NCBI GenBank assembly: GCA_963817895.1
Contig: CAWFQB010000004.1
Location: 608,001-672,000 of the forward strand
DNA: 64,000 nucleotides
Direction: 5' to 3'
From: an uncultured Chthonomonadaceae bacterium
GTDB taxonomy: Bacteria; Armatimonadota; Chthonomonadetes; Chthonomonadales; Chthonomonadaceae
Shown piece by piece: positions 8,820-19,263 of this stretch; within the stretch, counting starts at the first letter, position 1, and each line of letters begins with the position of its first letter. A program made the position numbers and the translations under genes. The notes beneath the pieces were generated by a model that saw only the letters and a program-made list of their open reading frames with translations, was not told the origin of the DNA and searched no databases.

Positions 8820-9905
8820 CTAACAGGAAGAGCGCAACGTCAAAACTTCTTCTACCGCGCTTTCTACGGCGATTGTTTGCCGGTTCATCTGCGTTACCGA
8901 CTCGGTAATGTCGTTCATGGCGAATTCGGTATTGGTGTCGGCGCGTAAATCTGCGGTAAGGTGCATACGTCCCAGTGAGGACAGCGCGGACGAAAGCGTT
9001 TGCGTAATGGCTTCCTGCTGCGTGTTCAGGCGTTCCAGTCCGATTTGCAGGTTGTGGGCGTTCTCGATGCGCGACAACACCATGCGGCGGCTCTGCTCAA
9101 GGGAAGCGCGGGTCATCGGATCGGTAGCCGTTTCCAGTCGTGATTTTAACTGGTCATATTCCGTTCGCAGTTCGGGTACGACATTGGCTCCAAGCAGGGG
9201 AATCAGGCTCAGGCGTTGTTCTTCCAGTTGTCGGCTGCTTTGCATCAGGTCATTGAGTTGGCGCAATGTCTCGCGCATCGTTTGTTCTGTGTCGGAATTG
9301 GGCTGCGCGCGGGCAAGAAACAGCAGCACGTCGCAATACACGCGCTCGGCTCGCGTCAGGGAGAGGGACGCGAAAACGTCTTTCAAACCTTCCGGCCGCA
9401 ATTCCGTGATTTTAACGGATTGCGGCGCGGCATTGAGGGCGATGTGGTTTCCAGCCGATGCAGCCGCCAGCGAAACCATCAACCACAGTAGATAGAAGCC
9501 CGCAGAGGGATTACCCCGGCTGCCAAATACTATTATTGAAGCCGTGAATCCCAACACCGGCGCGACAAGCGCGTTGAGGGTCATCAGAGCCGCCACCTGT
9601 CGTGATTTGAGACGCTCTTTTAGAAGGGCGCGACAGCCGATTCCGGCTCCCACTCCCCACGTCAGTCCCCATACAGCAAACGGCGACCACCAGATATGTC
9701 GCAAATAACTATGAGAAACCAGCATGATGGCAAGCGGCAGGCCGAGCATCGGCGGCACCGCAAGCGCCGCCGCAAGCGCCGCGTGTCTGCGTTGAGACAA
9801 ACGGGGACGTGGACGGGAAGCCGACACGCGGACGGCCTGAGCGGGAACCATAGCCGCATATTGGGCGGCTATGCGCGGGTCTATTTCGTCAAGAGCGATA
9901 CGCAT
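8820..9905 (-). CDS. Hypothetical 4-TM membrane protein with C-terminal coiled coil
   Basis: MRIALDEIDPRIAA start 6 nt after carB-N stop; C-terminus similar to 7613-8563. Confidence 0.8.
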   Translation of the reverse strand: MRIALDEIDPRIAAQYAAMVPAQAVRVSASRPRPRLSQRRHAALAAALAVPPMLGLPLAIMLVSHSYLRHIWWSPFAVWGLTWGVGAGIGCRALLKERLKSRQVAALMTLNALVAPVLGFTASIIVFGSRGNPSAGFYLLWLMVSLAAASAGNHIALNAAPQSVKITELRPEGLKDVFASLSLTRAERVYCDVLLFLARAQPNSDTEQTMRETLRQLNDLMQSSRQLEEQRLSLIPLLGANVVPELRTEYDQLKSRLETATDPMTRASLEQSRRMVLSRIENAHNLQIGLERLNTQQEAITQTLSSALSSLGRMHLTADLRADTNTEFAMNDITESVTQMNRQTIAVESAVEEVLTLRSSC

Positions 9906-9911
9906 GTGAAA

Positions 9912-11654
9912 TCATTTCTCGTCTTCGGTATCGTAGCACGAATAGAAATAGGGCGTGGCGGCCTCGAATTCCGCCGCGCACGTATCTACCATCTTATACG
10001 TTGGCACAATGCCAAGACGCTTCCGCAACGCGCGCAGTTTCATTTCCGGTATCTCGGCAATTTCCGCAAGGGTTCGATCTGAAAAACCGGCGCGTTTCGC
10101 TTCGCGCAGGAGATTAATAGTTGAGAGGTTGAGAGTTGAGAGTTGAGAGTCTCCCGGTGTTCGGTCTCCTTTTCTCCTTTTCTCCTTTTCTTCCTCTTCT
10201 TCCTCAACCAGTGCCGCCAGTGCCTTACAATGCTCTTTCAGGCGTTGTTCCAGTTGGACGAGGCCGCTGAGTTTGCGCAGAAACCAGGGGTCTATGTTGC
10301 TCAGGGCGTGGATTTCTTCGATCATCATGCCCCGGCGCAGGGCTTCCGTGATGGCCCACAACCGTTCGTCGTTGGGGACGCGAATGGCTTCTTCCAACTG
10401 CATGTCGCTGAACTGGTGGGCGGTTTTGTTGGACAATCCATAAATGCCGACTTCGAGGGAACGAATGGCTTTCATCAGGGCTGGCTCGAAGGCGCGATCA
10501 ATCGCCATCACTTCGCCGGTCGCCTTCATCTGCGTGTTGATCTGCCGATCCGCGAACGTAAACTTGTCGAACGGCCAGCGCGGAATTTTCACGACGCAGT
10601 AGTCCAGCGCAGGTTCAAAGCAGGCGAGAGTTTTGCGTGTGACGGCGTTTTCGATCTCGTCAAGACGCAGGCCAATGGCGATTTTAGCGGCCACGCGGGC
10701 AATGGGATAGCCGGTCGCTTTGGAAGCCAGCGCGGATGAGCGCGACACGCGGGGATTCACTTCGATGATGTAGTAACGGAAGGAGTGAGGGTCAAGGGAT
10801 AGTTGCACGTTGCAGCCGCCCTCGATGCCCAACGCGCGAATGATTTTCAGGGAGGCTGTGCGCAGCATCTGGTATTCTTTATCCGAAAGCGTTTGCGAGG
10901 GGGCAACCACGATGCTGTCGCCCGTATGAACGCCCATCGGATCGAAGTTTTCCATGTTGCAGACGGTAATGGCGGTATCGTTGGCGTCGCGCATCACCTC
11001 GTACTCGACCTCTTTCCAGCCGGAAAGGTAGCGTTCCACCATCACCTGATGCCGCATGGACAGGGCAAGCCCGCGTCTAGAAATTTCGCGTAGTTCCGTT
11101 TCATTATACGCAATGCCGCCGCCCGTTCCGCCCAGCGTGTACGCCGGACGAACGATTAGCGGCCAGATACCCGATGCGAGCGGGGCGTCCAGATGTGATT
11201 CGTCCGTGACGATCCACGATTCGGGAACGGGTTCGCCCAACTCGCGCATCAGGTCGCGGAACTCCTCGCGGTCTTCGGCTTTGCGGATGGAAGCGAGCGG
11301 GGTTCCGAGCAGGCGCACGTTGTACTTTTCCAACGCGCCCGCTTCAGCAAGCAGGGTGGCGAGATTCAGGCCGGTTTGCCCGCCGAGCGTCGCCAGCAGG
11401 CCGTCGGGACGTTCGCGCTCGATAATGCGGGTAGCAAACTCGACATTGAGCGGCTCGATGTACACGCGGTCGGCGATTTCCACGTCCGTCATAATGGTGG
11501 CGGGATTGGAATTGATGAGGACAACGGAAATGCCCTCTTCGCGCAGGGCGCGGCAGGCTTGCGTTCCCGCATAATCGAACTCAGCGGCCTGCCCGATGAT
11601 AATGGGGCCGGAACCGATGAGCATGACTTTCTTGATGGTCGTATCTCTGGGCAT
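9912..11654 (-). CDS. carB: Carbamoyl-phosphate synthase large subunit, N-terminal half
   Basis: [58 protein letters not shown], ends [22 protein letters not shown]. Confidence 0.96.
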   Translation of the reverse strand: MPRDTTIKKVMLIGSGPIIIGQAAEFDYAGTQACRALREEGISVVLINSNPATIMTDVEIADRVYIEPLNVEFATRIIERERPDGLLATLGGQTGLNLATLLAEAGALEKYNVRLLGTPLASIRKAEDREEFRDLMRELGEPVPESWIVTDESHLDAPLASGIWPLIVRPAYTLGGTGGGIAYNETELREISRRGLALSMRHQVMVERYLSGWKEVEYEVMRDANDTAITVCNMENFDPMGVHTGDSIVVAPSQTLSDKEYQMLRTASLKIIRALGIEGGCNVQLSLDPHSFRYYIIEVNPRVSRSSALASKATGYPIARVAAKIAIGLRLDEIENAVTRKTLACFEPALDYCVVKIPRWPFDKFTFADRQINTQMKATGEVMAIDRAFEPALMKAIRSLEVGIYGLSNKTAHQFSDMQLEEAIRVPNDERLWAITEALRRGMMIEEIHALSNIDPWFLRKLSGLVQLEQRLKEHCKALAALVEEEEEEKEKRRKGDRTPGDSQLSTLNLSTINLLREAKRAGFSDRTLAEIAEIPEMKLRALRKRLGIVPTYKMVDTCAAEFEAATPYFYSCYDTEDEK

Positions 11655-11672
11655 GGAAGCGAAACAAACTCC

Positions 11673-13709
11673 TTATGGTTGCGTCGGCTGCGCCTGATAC
11701 AACAACAGGCGAAATTTGCCGAACACAACGAAGCGCCGGATGCAATGTTGGGGCGTTATCCATTGCGGATAGTGGCGTTCCCACCAGCGCAGGGGATTGG
11801 GGCCTTCAAAGATCAGGATGTAGCAGGGACGGCCCGCAAAAGTTTCTACCGGCCTGTCGTCATTGCACAGCCCGGGGATGACATTGATTGCTGTAAATTG
11901 GCTGCGCAGGGTCAATCCCGGCGCGGGATCGCCAATCAGCACGGCGTTGGCAGGCAAATTTTGCTGCATCCAGCGGTCACAGTCGCGCTGCGTGTACCGG
12001 ATATGGCCCGCCCAATCCAGCAGCCAACCGGCGTTGATAATCCCCCACAGCAGCATGAGTGATATGGGAAGCAGGCTGCGCTTATGCGCTTCGCCGACGC
12101 TGCTCATGAACCGGCTTATACCATCTAAATTCTTTTGCCGGTTAGCAAGGCCTGCGGCCAACCGTCCTGCGGACGAAGAAACAGGTTGTGTCCTCGGACT
12201 GTTATTTGGTTGTTCAGACTGGCCGACAGTTGGCGTTGCGAACCCAAGCTGTAGCAACAAGCCCGTTCCAATCGTTATTCCGTAAAGCAGCGCATCCGCG
12301 CCCGTACTGCGATGTTGCAGAGCCGCTTCCAGCAAATGATAAATCAGCAACGTCCCTAACAATGCGCGACGGATAGGCGAGGCGGTTATGATACGCGCCA
12401 CTTCATGAATATGCGCCAGCGCCAGCGCGGCGAGCGCGGCGAGCGCGGGATAAAACAACACATAATAACGGGGCGGCGAATAGCGCACAAGGGCAAACGC
12501 TGTAAGCATGATACCCACCCACAGCATCAAAAAGCGAATCGCCTGTACGCTATAACGAGCGGCTTGCGGTTGCGTCGCGTCCATTCGCAGGCGCAAATCG
12601 GGCCATGCAAGCAGCCATGCCAGCGCGAGCGTCCACTGCACGGGCGAGTGGCGGAACAGATAGGAAGAAAACCCCCGTTCGTTGCCGAACAGCGAGTGTC
12701 CAATGTTGTGCCGGATTTCTTCCAGACCGCGCGGCATCAACTGCTGCGCCATATAAAAGTGGTTGACGGTTTGCAGGGACGCGCGATTGGGCAGATACCA
12801 GACGCAAATGTAGACAACAAGGCCAAGCGCAAGTCCCGTCAGCAGGCCAAAAAGTGGCAACTGCGACAGGGATTGCGGCGCGGGCAGGCTGTCAGCGGAA
12901 CGTTTCGTAACGTTGGAATGTTGGCCGCGCCATGCCAGAAACAATAGCGCGGGCAGCAGCAGCGCGCTCAGTCCGCGAATGGCATACGCCGCCATCATAA
13001 GCAATCCACAACATGCCATCCAGAAGGCGTTGGAGTACCTCACCCCAACCCCTCTCCTGGCCGCTCCTTCGTCGCTAGGAGAGGGGCTATTTAGATTTAC
13101 CCCCCTTTTGATTGTTCCTTCGTCATCAAGAGTGGGGCTTTTTATGGCAACGCCGGAACTATTCGGCGCGTTGTTAGCATCAATGGATGCGTTTTCAATA
13201 ACGACGGGAAAGGCGCGGACGAATGCATAAAAGCAGGCGACAAGCGGCAACTGCGCGGGCGTGTCCATTAGCGCCATTCGATTGTACAGCAGGTTGATAT
13301 GGTCGAAACCGAGCAATAGCAGCGCGGGCAAAGCCACTCGCGTTCCGAAAGCGCGGCGGCAGGCGGCGTAAAACAGCCCCATTGTGGCGAAACTGAACAC
13401 GACCGAAATCATGCGCGACGCCACAAGGCTGACACCGAACACGCGGAAAACGCCAACCTGTATAACGTGCAGCAGGGGCATAATCAGGGCGTTATGAAAA
13501 TTATCGCCCACAACGTGGATACTGCCTGTTAAAATCAGGTTACGCGCGTCATGGCAATAGAAGGCCTCGTCCGTGACAAGTTCGCTGCTCCATGTCAGTC
13601 CGGCGTAGCCGTCGCTGTCGAGCCAGAGGACGCGCAGCAATGCCAGCAAACTTACAATGAAACCGATACAAAGGATTCTGGTAAGCTGCCGGCGTTGCGT
13701 TTTAGACAT
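11673..13709 (-). CDS. GT-C (family 39/ArnT-PMT-like) membrane glycosyltransferase
   Basis: TDEAFY after first TM, FGVSLVASR, many TM helices, PPRYY. Confidence 0.75.
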   Translation of the reverse strand: MSKTQRRQLTRILCIGFIVSLLALLRVLWLDSDGYAGLTWSSELVTDEAFYCHDARNLILTGSIHVVGDNFHNALIMPLLHVIQVGVFRVFGVSLVASRMISVVFSFATMGLFYAACRRAFGTRVALPALLLLGFDHINLLYNRMALMDTPAQLPLVACFYAFVRAFPVVIENASIDANNAPNSSGVAIKSPTLDDEGTIKRGVNLNSPSPSDEGAARRGVGVRYSNAFWMACCGLLMMAAYAIRGLSALLLPALLFLAWRGQHSNVTKRSADSLPAPQSLSQLPLFGLLTGLALGLVVYICVWYLPNRASLQTVNHFYMAQQLMPRGLEEIRHNIGHSLFGNERGFSSYLFRHSPVQWTLALAWLLAWPDLRLRMDATQPQAARYSVQAIRFLMLWVGIMLTAFALVRYSPPRYYVLFYPALAALAALALAHIHEVARIITASPIRRALLGTLLIYHLLEAALQHRSTGADALLYGITIGTGLLLQLGFATPTVGQSEQPNNSPRTQPVSSSAGRLAAGLANRQKNLDGISRFMSSVGEAHKRSLLPISLMLLWGIINAGWLLDWAGHIRYTQRDCDRWMQQNLPANAVLIGDPAPGLTLRSQFTAINVIPGLCNDDRPVETFAGRPCYILIFEGPNPLRWWERHYPQWITPQHCIRRFVVFGKFRLLLYQAQPTQP

Positions 13710-13750
13710 GGACTGCTTTCAAAGCTATTCTCGTTCGCGTCGCTCGCAGG

Positions 13751-14521
13751 CTACTCCCGTTGATTTGGGTTGCCCGCTTCCGTCACGTCGTACTTGCTTT
13801 CGTGATACAACACGCGCACAAAGCGTCCCAAAACGTTTGCGCGGGGCAGCGTTCCCCAGAATCGGCCATCATCGCTGTTGTTGCGATTGTCGCCAAGCAC
13901 AAACAAATGTCCGGGTGGAACGCGCAACGGCTCGTATACGGCATAAGGAAAGTCATACCCCATGCGGTTGTCTACGGGTAGGAGGGGGTAGGCTTCCGGC
14001 AACGCCTTACCGTTCACAAGCAGAGTATTCCCCTGCAACTGAATGGTATCGCCGGGGAGTCCCACCACGCGCTTAATCAAAATCTCGGACCTGCCCGAAC
14101 TGGCGTTACCCGATCCGTTTTGATCCGCCCCGTCCGTGTCTTCATCCGCGTCTTGACTGGTATGGCTGCGCGTGGCCGCGTCTACCGTGTCGCTTGAAGT
14201 TAATTGCGAACCTTCGGGGGGTGGCGTGTTCGGCATCCGAAAAACAATAATGTCGCCGCGTGAGGGCATCGCGCCGAACGGATACGCCAGCCATTCACGC
14301 ATGGTGACAATATGGTCACCGGGGCGCAGATTGGGTTCCATAGACTCCGAGGGAATGAAATTGTGCGTGAATCCTGCCGCAATAAAAATGGTGACGGTCA
14401 GCAGCAGGTACATGAAGCCCTGCCGAATTTTGTGTCGGTACGCGCTGCCGTTTTCAGGCTCAGGATGCGTCTTGTGGCGTATCCTTTCTGTTTTCGATTT
14501 TGTTAGCAATGCCGCTGTCAT
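13751..14521 (-). CDS. lepB: Signal peptidase I (start uncertain)
   Basis: IPSESMEPNL, LIKRVVGLPGD, FVLGDNRNNSDDGRFWG. Confidence 0.92.
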   Translation of the reverse strand: MTAALLTKSKTERIRHKTHPEPENGSAYRHKIRQGFMYLLLTVTIFIAAGFTHNFIPSESMEPNLRPGDHIVTMREWLAYPFGAMPSRGDIIVFRMPNTPPPEGSQLTSSDTVDAATRSHTSQDADEDTDGADQNGSGNASSGRSEILIKRVVGLPGDTIQLQGNTLLVNGKALPEAYPLLPVDNRMGYDFPYAVYEPLRVPPGHLFVLGDNRNNSDDGRFWGTLPRANVLGRFVRVLYHESKYDVTEAGNPNQRE

Positions 14522-15674
14522 TGTCCGCTCCCCTGATTCTGGTCAGGACATCTACGAACTCGCGAAAAAAATACGCGCTGTCGGTCGGGCCGGGTGACGC
14601 TTCCGGGTGATATTGTATCGAAAATATCGGAAGCTCTTTGTGGCGCAAACCCTCTACCGTGCCGTCGTTGAGGTTGACGTGCGCCACTTCCATGCCGTTT
14701 TGCAGGCCGTCCGGGTCAACGGCATAGCCATGATTCTGAGACGTGATATACACCTTGCCGGTGCGCAGGTCTTTCACGGGATGGTTGCTGCCCCGATGCC
14801 CGAACTTCAGCTTGAAAGTGCGGCTGCCGAAGACATGCCCCAGAATCTGGTTGCCCAGACAAACGCCCATGATGGGTTTTTTGCCGACCAGTTCGCGTAC
14901 CGTTTCGACCACATAGCCTAATTGTGCCGGATCGCCTGGACCAGGAGACAACATAATCCCGTCGGGGTTCTCACGCAGAAGTTCCGTCGAAGTCGCTGTA
15001 CATGGATATACGATAGTCTCACAGCCCAGATTAGCCAGACTGCGCACGATGTTGTACTTTACGCCACAGTCCAGCAGAGCAATCCGCAAAGGGGCTTCCG
15101 CTCCTGACGGTTGGGCTGTATCATCGGCAATCGCGCCCGGTAACTGTAGCGGGAGGGGCTGTTGGCTGTGCGCAAGCCACCAGTACGGCTGTTCCGTCGT
15201 TACCTGACGATTGAGGTCTACACTCGCATACCGTTGGGAAGACTGCAAACGGCGGCTCGCTTGTTCCACAGTTTCATCGGTTGTGATTGTACCCATCATC
15301 ACGCCCCGAACGCGCAGGGCGCGGGTGAGGGCGCGGGTATCCACGTTTTTGATCGCCACAATGTTCTTTGACTTCAAATAGGCGTCAAGGTTCATTGCGG
15401 ATCGCCAGTTGCTCGGCGCGTCTTCACATTCACGGACGACAAAGCCCTCCACCTGTATGCGGCGCGACTCGAAATCATCGGGATTGATGCCGTAGTTGCC
15501 GATGAGCGGATAGGTGAGCGTGACGATCTGCCCCGCATACGAGGGATCGGTTAAAATCTCCTGATACCCGGTCATGCCGGTATTGAAAACGACTTCGCCC
15601 GTCGTCCTGCCGGACGCGCCGAGCGATTCGCCCGCAAATACGGTTCCATCTTCCAGTACAAGAAATGCTTTCAT
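14460..15674 (-). CDS. carA: Carbamoyl-phosphate synthase small subunit
   Basis: GEVVFNTGMTGYQE, SPGPGDP, GVCLG, SQNHGYAV, QYHPEASPGP; AGGAG RBS. Confidence 0.97.
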   Translation of the reverse strand: MKAFLVLEDGTVFAGESLGASGRTTGEVVFNTGMTGYQEILTDPSYAGQIVTLTYPLIGNYGINPDDFESRRIQVEGFVVRECEDAPSNWRSAMNLDAYLKSKNIVAIKNVDTRALTRALRVRGVMMGTITTDETVEQASRRLQSSQRYASVDLNRQVTTEQPYWWLAHSQQPLPLQLPGAIADDTAQPSGAEAPLRIALLDCGVKYNIVRSLANLGCETIVYPCTATSTELLRENPDGIMLSPGPGDPAQLGYVVETVRELVGKKPIMGVCLGNQILGHVFGSRTFKLKFGHRGSNHPVKDLRTGKVYITSQNHGYAVDPDGLQNGMEVAHVNLNDGTVEGLRHKELPIFSIQYHPEASPGPTDSAYFFREFVDVLTRIRGADNDSGIANKIENRKDTPQDAS

Positions 15675-15695
15675 TCGGCTCCTAAACATGGCAGG

Positions 15696-17345
15696 TCAGG
15701 CCAGCGCGTCTTCACCATACAAACATGCGCCACCAACCCAGGTGCCTTCAACCTTTAACTGTTCCCATTCATCAATGGGTGTTTGCGTGGGATCGGCGGA
15801 AAGCAGCACAAAGTCGGCCCATTTGCCCGTTTCCAGACTACCCCGGTCGCGATCCGTGTGCGTGGCATAAGCGGGCGCGGAAGTGTAGTTGTATAAAGCA
15901 ATGTCGGGCGCGAGACATTCTGCGGCATCCAGTATATGCCCGGACGGAGTTTTGCGCTCAATGGCGGCTCTCAGTCCGTCGAGGGGCGCGCCGGGTACGA
16001 CCGGGCAATCGGAACTGAACGCCTGCGCGACATTTTGCTGATCCAGTGTGGCATACGGCGACAGGCGATTGGCGCGTTCTTCGCCCAATGCCATGACATA
16101 CGCATCCCCCAATTGCGACAAAAACTCCGGCTGCCCGATGCTCCACACGTTCTGGCGACGCAAGCGGGCGATTAAATCCGGGTTGAGCAGCATACAGTGT
16201 TCGATGCGGTGGCCGGGACGGAAACGGGTGTTTTCCCGCTGCGCGTCGGCATACGCCGACAAAACTAGATCAACCGCCCGGTCGCCAATCGCGTGTGTGG
16301 CGATTTGCCAGCCCGCAAGGTGCGCCTTCAGGATGTACTCGCGCAATTCGTCCGGCGGATGCAGGGGGATGCCACAGTCGTTAGGCTGTCCGGCCATGCC
16401 CTCAAACGGTTCGGTCAGCCAGCACGTCCGGGTCGTAATCGCGCCGTCGCTGAACAGTTTCGCCTGCCCGACATGGAACTGATGCCAGCTTAACCCCTGC
16501 CACTCCGGCTGCAAATCATCCGGATTTGGAATAACTCCGTCACCAACATGCTTCATCACTTCGGCCCACGCGACCATCCCATTCGCGCGTACCTGCAACA
16601 CTTTGTCCGCAGCCGCGCGGGCAAAAACGCCAATATCATTTGTGGCTAAATTCGAGTCCGTCGCGCTCGTGATGCCGCGTTCCAGCAGATATTGGTTGGC
16701 GCGTCCCAATGCGGCAACCTGTTCGTCCGGGCTGACGTGTGGCAAAATACGGTCAAGATCGTTCCAGCTTGCGGTTTCCAGCAGAACGCCGTTCGCTTCC
16801 CCCTGCGCGTCGCGGACAATTTCGCCGCCAACCGGGTTCGGCGTATCATTTGTAATGCCAAGCATTTGCAGGGCGCGGGTATTGACCACTGCGGCGTGTC
16901 CCGACGTATGCACAATCCGAACCGGTATTGCGGTAGAGACTAAATCCAGATCGTGTCGCGTGAGATGTTCCGGTGGCGACAGTTTGTTCTGGTCGTAGCG
17001 GTTGCCCTGAACACACGTCAACTCTGGTCGCGCATCCAATCGCTCCCGCAACAACCGAATAATGTCCCGCTTATCCTTTACGGGCGGCGAAGCCAGATTG
17101 ACATGCCCTAAATTGATGCCGAGCCACTGAATGTGCAGGTGACAATCGAAAAATCCCGGCAACAGCGTTCGTCCACGCAAATCTATCTGCCGCGTTCCCG
17201 CGCCTGCCAGATTCCGAACCTCATCATTGCTTCCCACCGCCACAATGCGCCCGTCCTGCCCGACCGCAACCGCCTGCGAAGACAACTCCGCGCCCGTCAT
17301 GGTCAGCACATTGCCGTTATAAAGAATTGTCGCCGTGTTAGCCAT
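15696..17345 (-). CDS. Amidohydrolase_3 family (YtcJ-like) metal-dependent hydrolase
   Basis: PGFFDCHLH, SGHAAVVNT, HAIGDRAV, HRIEHC, SSDCPV. Confidence 0.9.
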   Translation of the reverse strand: MANTATILYNGNVLTMTGAELSSQAVAVGQDGRIVAVGSNDEVRNLAGAGTRQIDLRGRTLLPGFFDCHLHIQWLGINLGHVNLASPPVKDKRDIIRLLRERLDARPELTCVQGNRYDQNKLSPPEHLTRHDLDLVSTAIPVRIVHTSGHAAVVNTRALQMLGITNDTPNPVGGEIVRDAQGEANGVLLETASWNDLDRILPHVSPDEQVAALGRANQYLLERGITSATDSNLATNDIGVFARAAADKVLQVRANGMVAWAEVMKHVGDGVIPNPDDLQPEWQGLSWHQFHVGQAKLFSDGAITTRTCWLTEPFEGMAGQPNDCGIPLHPPDELREYILKAHLAGWQIATHAIGDRAVDLVLSAYADAQRENTRFRPGHRIEHCMLLNPDLIARLRRQNVWSIGQPEFLSQLGDAYVMALGEERANRLSPYATLDQQNVAQAFSSDCPVVPGAPLDGLRAAIERKTPSGHILDAAECLAPDIALYNYTSAPAYATHTDRDRGSLETGKWADFVLLSADPTQTPIDEWEQLKVEGTWVGGACLYGEDALA

Positions 17346-17373
17346 AAAAACCTCGAAAAGAAACTCAATGATG

Positions 17374-17584
17374 AACCGCGAAACACGCGAAATACACGAA
17401 AAGACAAAAAGAAGAACAAAAGAGAATAGACAGGATTAACAGGATTTTCAGGATGAACAGGATTATATGCAGAGAAGGTGGGGCAGTCCTTTTCTCTCCT
17501 CTGTGAAACCTCTGTGTCTCTGTGTCTCTGTGGTGAACGTCTGTTTTTGTCCTCTTTTCGTTTGTTTCGCCTGTTTCGCGGTTT
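17374..17584. repeat. Nested short-repeat palindromic spacer
   Basis: Outer arms AACCGCGAAACACGCGAAATACACGAAAAG / CTTTTCGTTTGTTTCGCCTGTTTCGCGGTT with inner CAGGAT and CTCTGTGT arrays. Confidence 0.75.
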
Positions 17585-18875
17585 ATAATCGTATGACGCG
17601 CCCGCCGACAACCGTAAAGGCCGCTTTGCCCTGCACGTTCATGCCGTGAAAGGGCGTGTTTTTGGATTTAGACTGCACTTTGTCGCGGTCTATAGCCCAT
17701 TCGGTTTCAAGGTCGAATACGGCTATATCGGCGGGCGCGCCGGTTTGCAGCGTTCCCACGCCTTCAGGCATGTTCAGGACGCGGGCGGGAACATGCGTCA
17801 TTTTGGCGATGGCGTCCGAAAAGGTTAAAATACCGGGCTTGACCAGCGTTGTGTACACCAGCGGGAAGGAGGTTTCCAACCCTAAAATGCCGAAGGGCGC
17901 GGCATCGAACTCTACTTCCTTTTCGTATTCGGCGTGGGGCGCGTGGTCGGTCACGATGCAGTCAATGGTTCCGTCCGCCAATCCCTGCTTCACGGCTTCA
18001 CAGTCTTCCGGTGTGCGCAGGGGCGGGTTCATTTTAGCGTCGGTTTTGTAGCCCATCACGGCCTCATCCGTCAGCGTCCAGTGGTGGGAGCAGGCTTCCC
18101 CGGTCACGTTGATGCCGTCCGCTTTAGCGCGGCGGAGTAGTTCAACGGTTCCCGCTGTGGAGATGTGCAGCAGGTGCAAATGGCAGCCCGTCAGTTGCGC
18201 CAGCAGGATATTACGGGCAACGGCAATGTCTTCGGCAACGCGCGGTATACCGGGAATCCCCAACACCGTTGCCGTGTAGCCCTCGTTCATCGCGCCTTTT
18301 TCGGTTAATTGTTTGTCTTCGTTGTGCGTCATCAGGCACAGGTCGAGCATCCGGCAGTATTCCATAACGCGGCGCATGGTTTCGGCGTTTTGCAGGGGAA
18401 AAGCGTCGTCGGAAATGGCGCAGGCTCCCGCCGCTTTCAATTCCGCCATTTCGGTCAATTGATCTCCCTGCATCGCCCGCGTTGCCGCGCCAATCGGATG
18501 CACCCGCGCGCTGCCGACCTGCTCCGTCCGCTCCAAAATCTGGCGAACAACCGCAGCCGTATCAATTGCGGGATTGGTATTGGGCATACAACAGACTCGC
18601 GTAAATCCGCCCGACGCAGCCGCCCTCGTTCCACTTTCGATGTCTTCCTTATACTCCTGCCCCGGTTCCCGCAAATGGACGTGAATATCTATCAGGCCGG
18701 GCGTAACCACCATGCCCCGTGCGTCCAGCTTCTCCGCGTCGGCAAACTCCGAACCCGCCGCGCCCGGATCAACAATGCCCGCAACACGGTCGCCGTCAAT
18801 CAGCACATCTGCAACACAGTCTATATTTTGTGATGGGTCAACAACGCGCCCGCCAGATAGAATTTTTTTCAACAC
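17583..18875 (-). CDS. pyrC: Dihydroorotase
   Basis: PGLIDIHVHLREPG, CMPNTNP, KMNPPLR, TDHAPH, SKSKNTPF. Confidence 0.96.
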   Translation of the reverse strand: MLKKILSGGRVVDPSQNIDCVADVLIDGDRVAGIVDPGAAGSEFADAEKLDARGMVVTPGLIDIHVHLREPGQEYKEDIESGTRAAASGGFTRVCCMPNTNPAIDTAAVVRQILERTEQVGSARVHPIGAATRAMQGDQLTEMAELKAAGACAISDDAFPLQNAETMRRVMEYCRMLDLCLMTHNEDKQLTEKGAMNEGYTATVLGIPGIPRVAEDIAVARNILLAQLTGCHLHLLHISTAGTVELLRRAKADGINVTGEACSHHWTLTDEAVMGYKTDAKMNPPLRTPEDCEAVKQGLADGTIDCIVTDHAPHAEYEKEVEFDAAPFGILGLETSFPLVYTTLVKPGILTFSDAIAKMTHVPARVLNMPEGVGTLQTGAPADIAVFDLETEWAIDRDKVQSKSKNTPFHGMNVQGKAAFTVVGGRVIRL

Positions 18876-18897
18876 ACTCTCCTCGAAAACATCAACC

Positions 18898-19263
18898 CTA
18901 CAAATCGTCTACTGTGGCAAGTCCGCCATCTCGAAATTGCGCGACAAGTTCTTTATCGTCAAGCAAAGCCGTTCCAAGTAAAGGCCGCCTGCCTGTTGCC
19001 AGAACACGCACCGTTGTTTGTACGCCGTTCCAGCGAATGATAGCGACATGTACGGGAATGTCAACCATGCTGTCGTCTGCTAAATTGGCAGGCATACGAT
19101 GCAGAAAGGGTAAGTTCAGTGCCGCGACGACCGCAGGCGGCAACGTAAGATAGCCGGTAAAACCTGTATCTAAAACAAATTCGAGCAGCAAATCAGGCTG
19201 GCCGGGCAAGCAAAACGCAATCATCATTAGGATTTGACGATTGAAGACATTGCCGTTCATCAT
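18898..19263 (-). CDS. Clan AA (retropepsin-like) aspartic protease
   Basis: VLDTGFTGYLTLP catalytic motif and PLLGTALL; ATGA overlap with upstream gene. Confidence 0.85.
   Translation of the reverse strand: MMNGNVFNRQILMMIAFCLPGQPDLLLEFVLDTGFTGYLTLPPAVVAALNLPFLHRMPANLADDSMVDIPVHVAIIRWNGVQTTVRVLATGRRPLLGTALLDDKELVAQFRDGGLATVDDL

Noticed and set aside
17374..17584. Repeat arrays as CRISPR, and ORFs 17303-17611 / 17133-17429
   Set aside because: Units are 6-10 bp with no unique spacers and no cas genes; the ORFs are low-complexity translations of the repeats.
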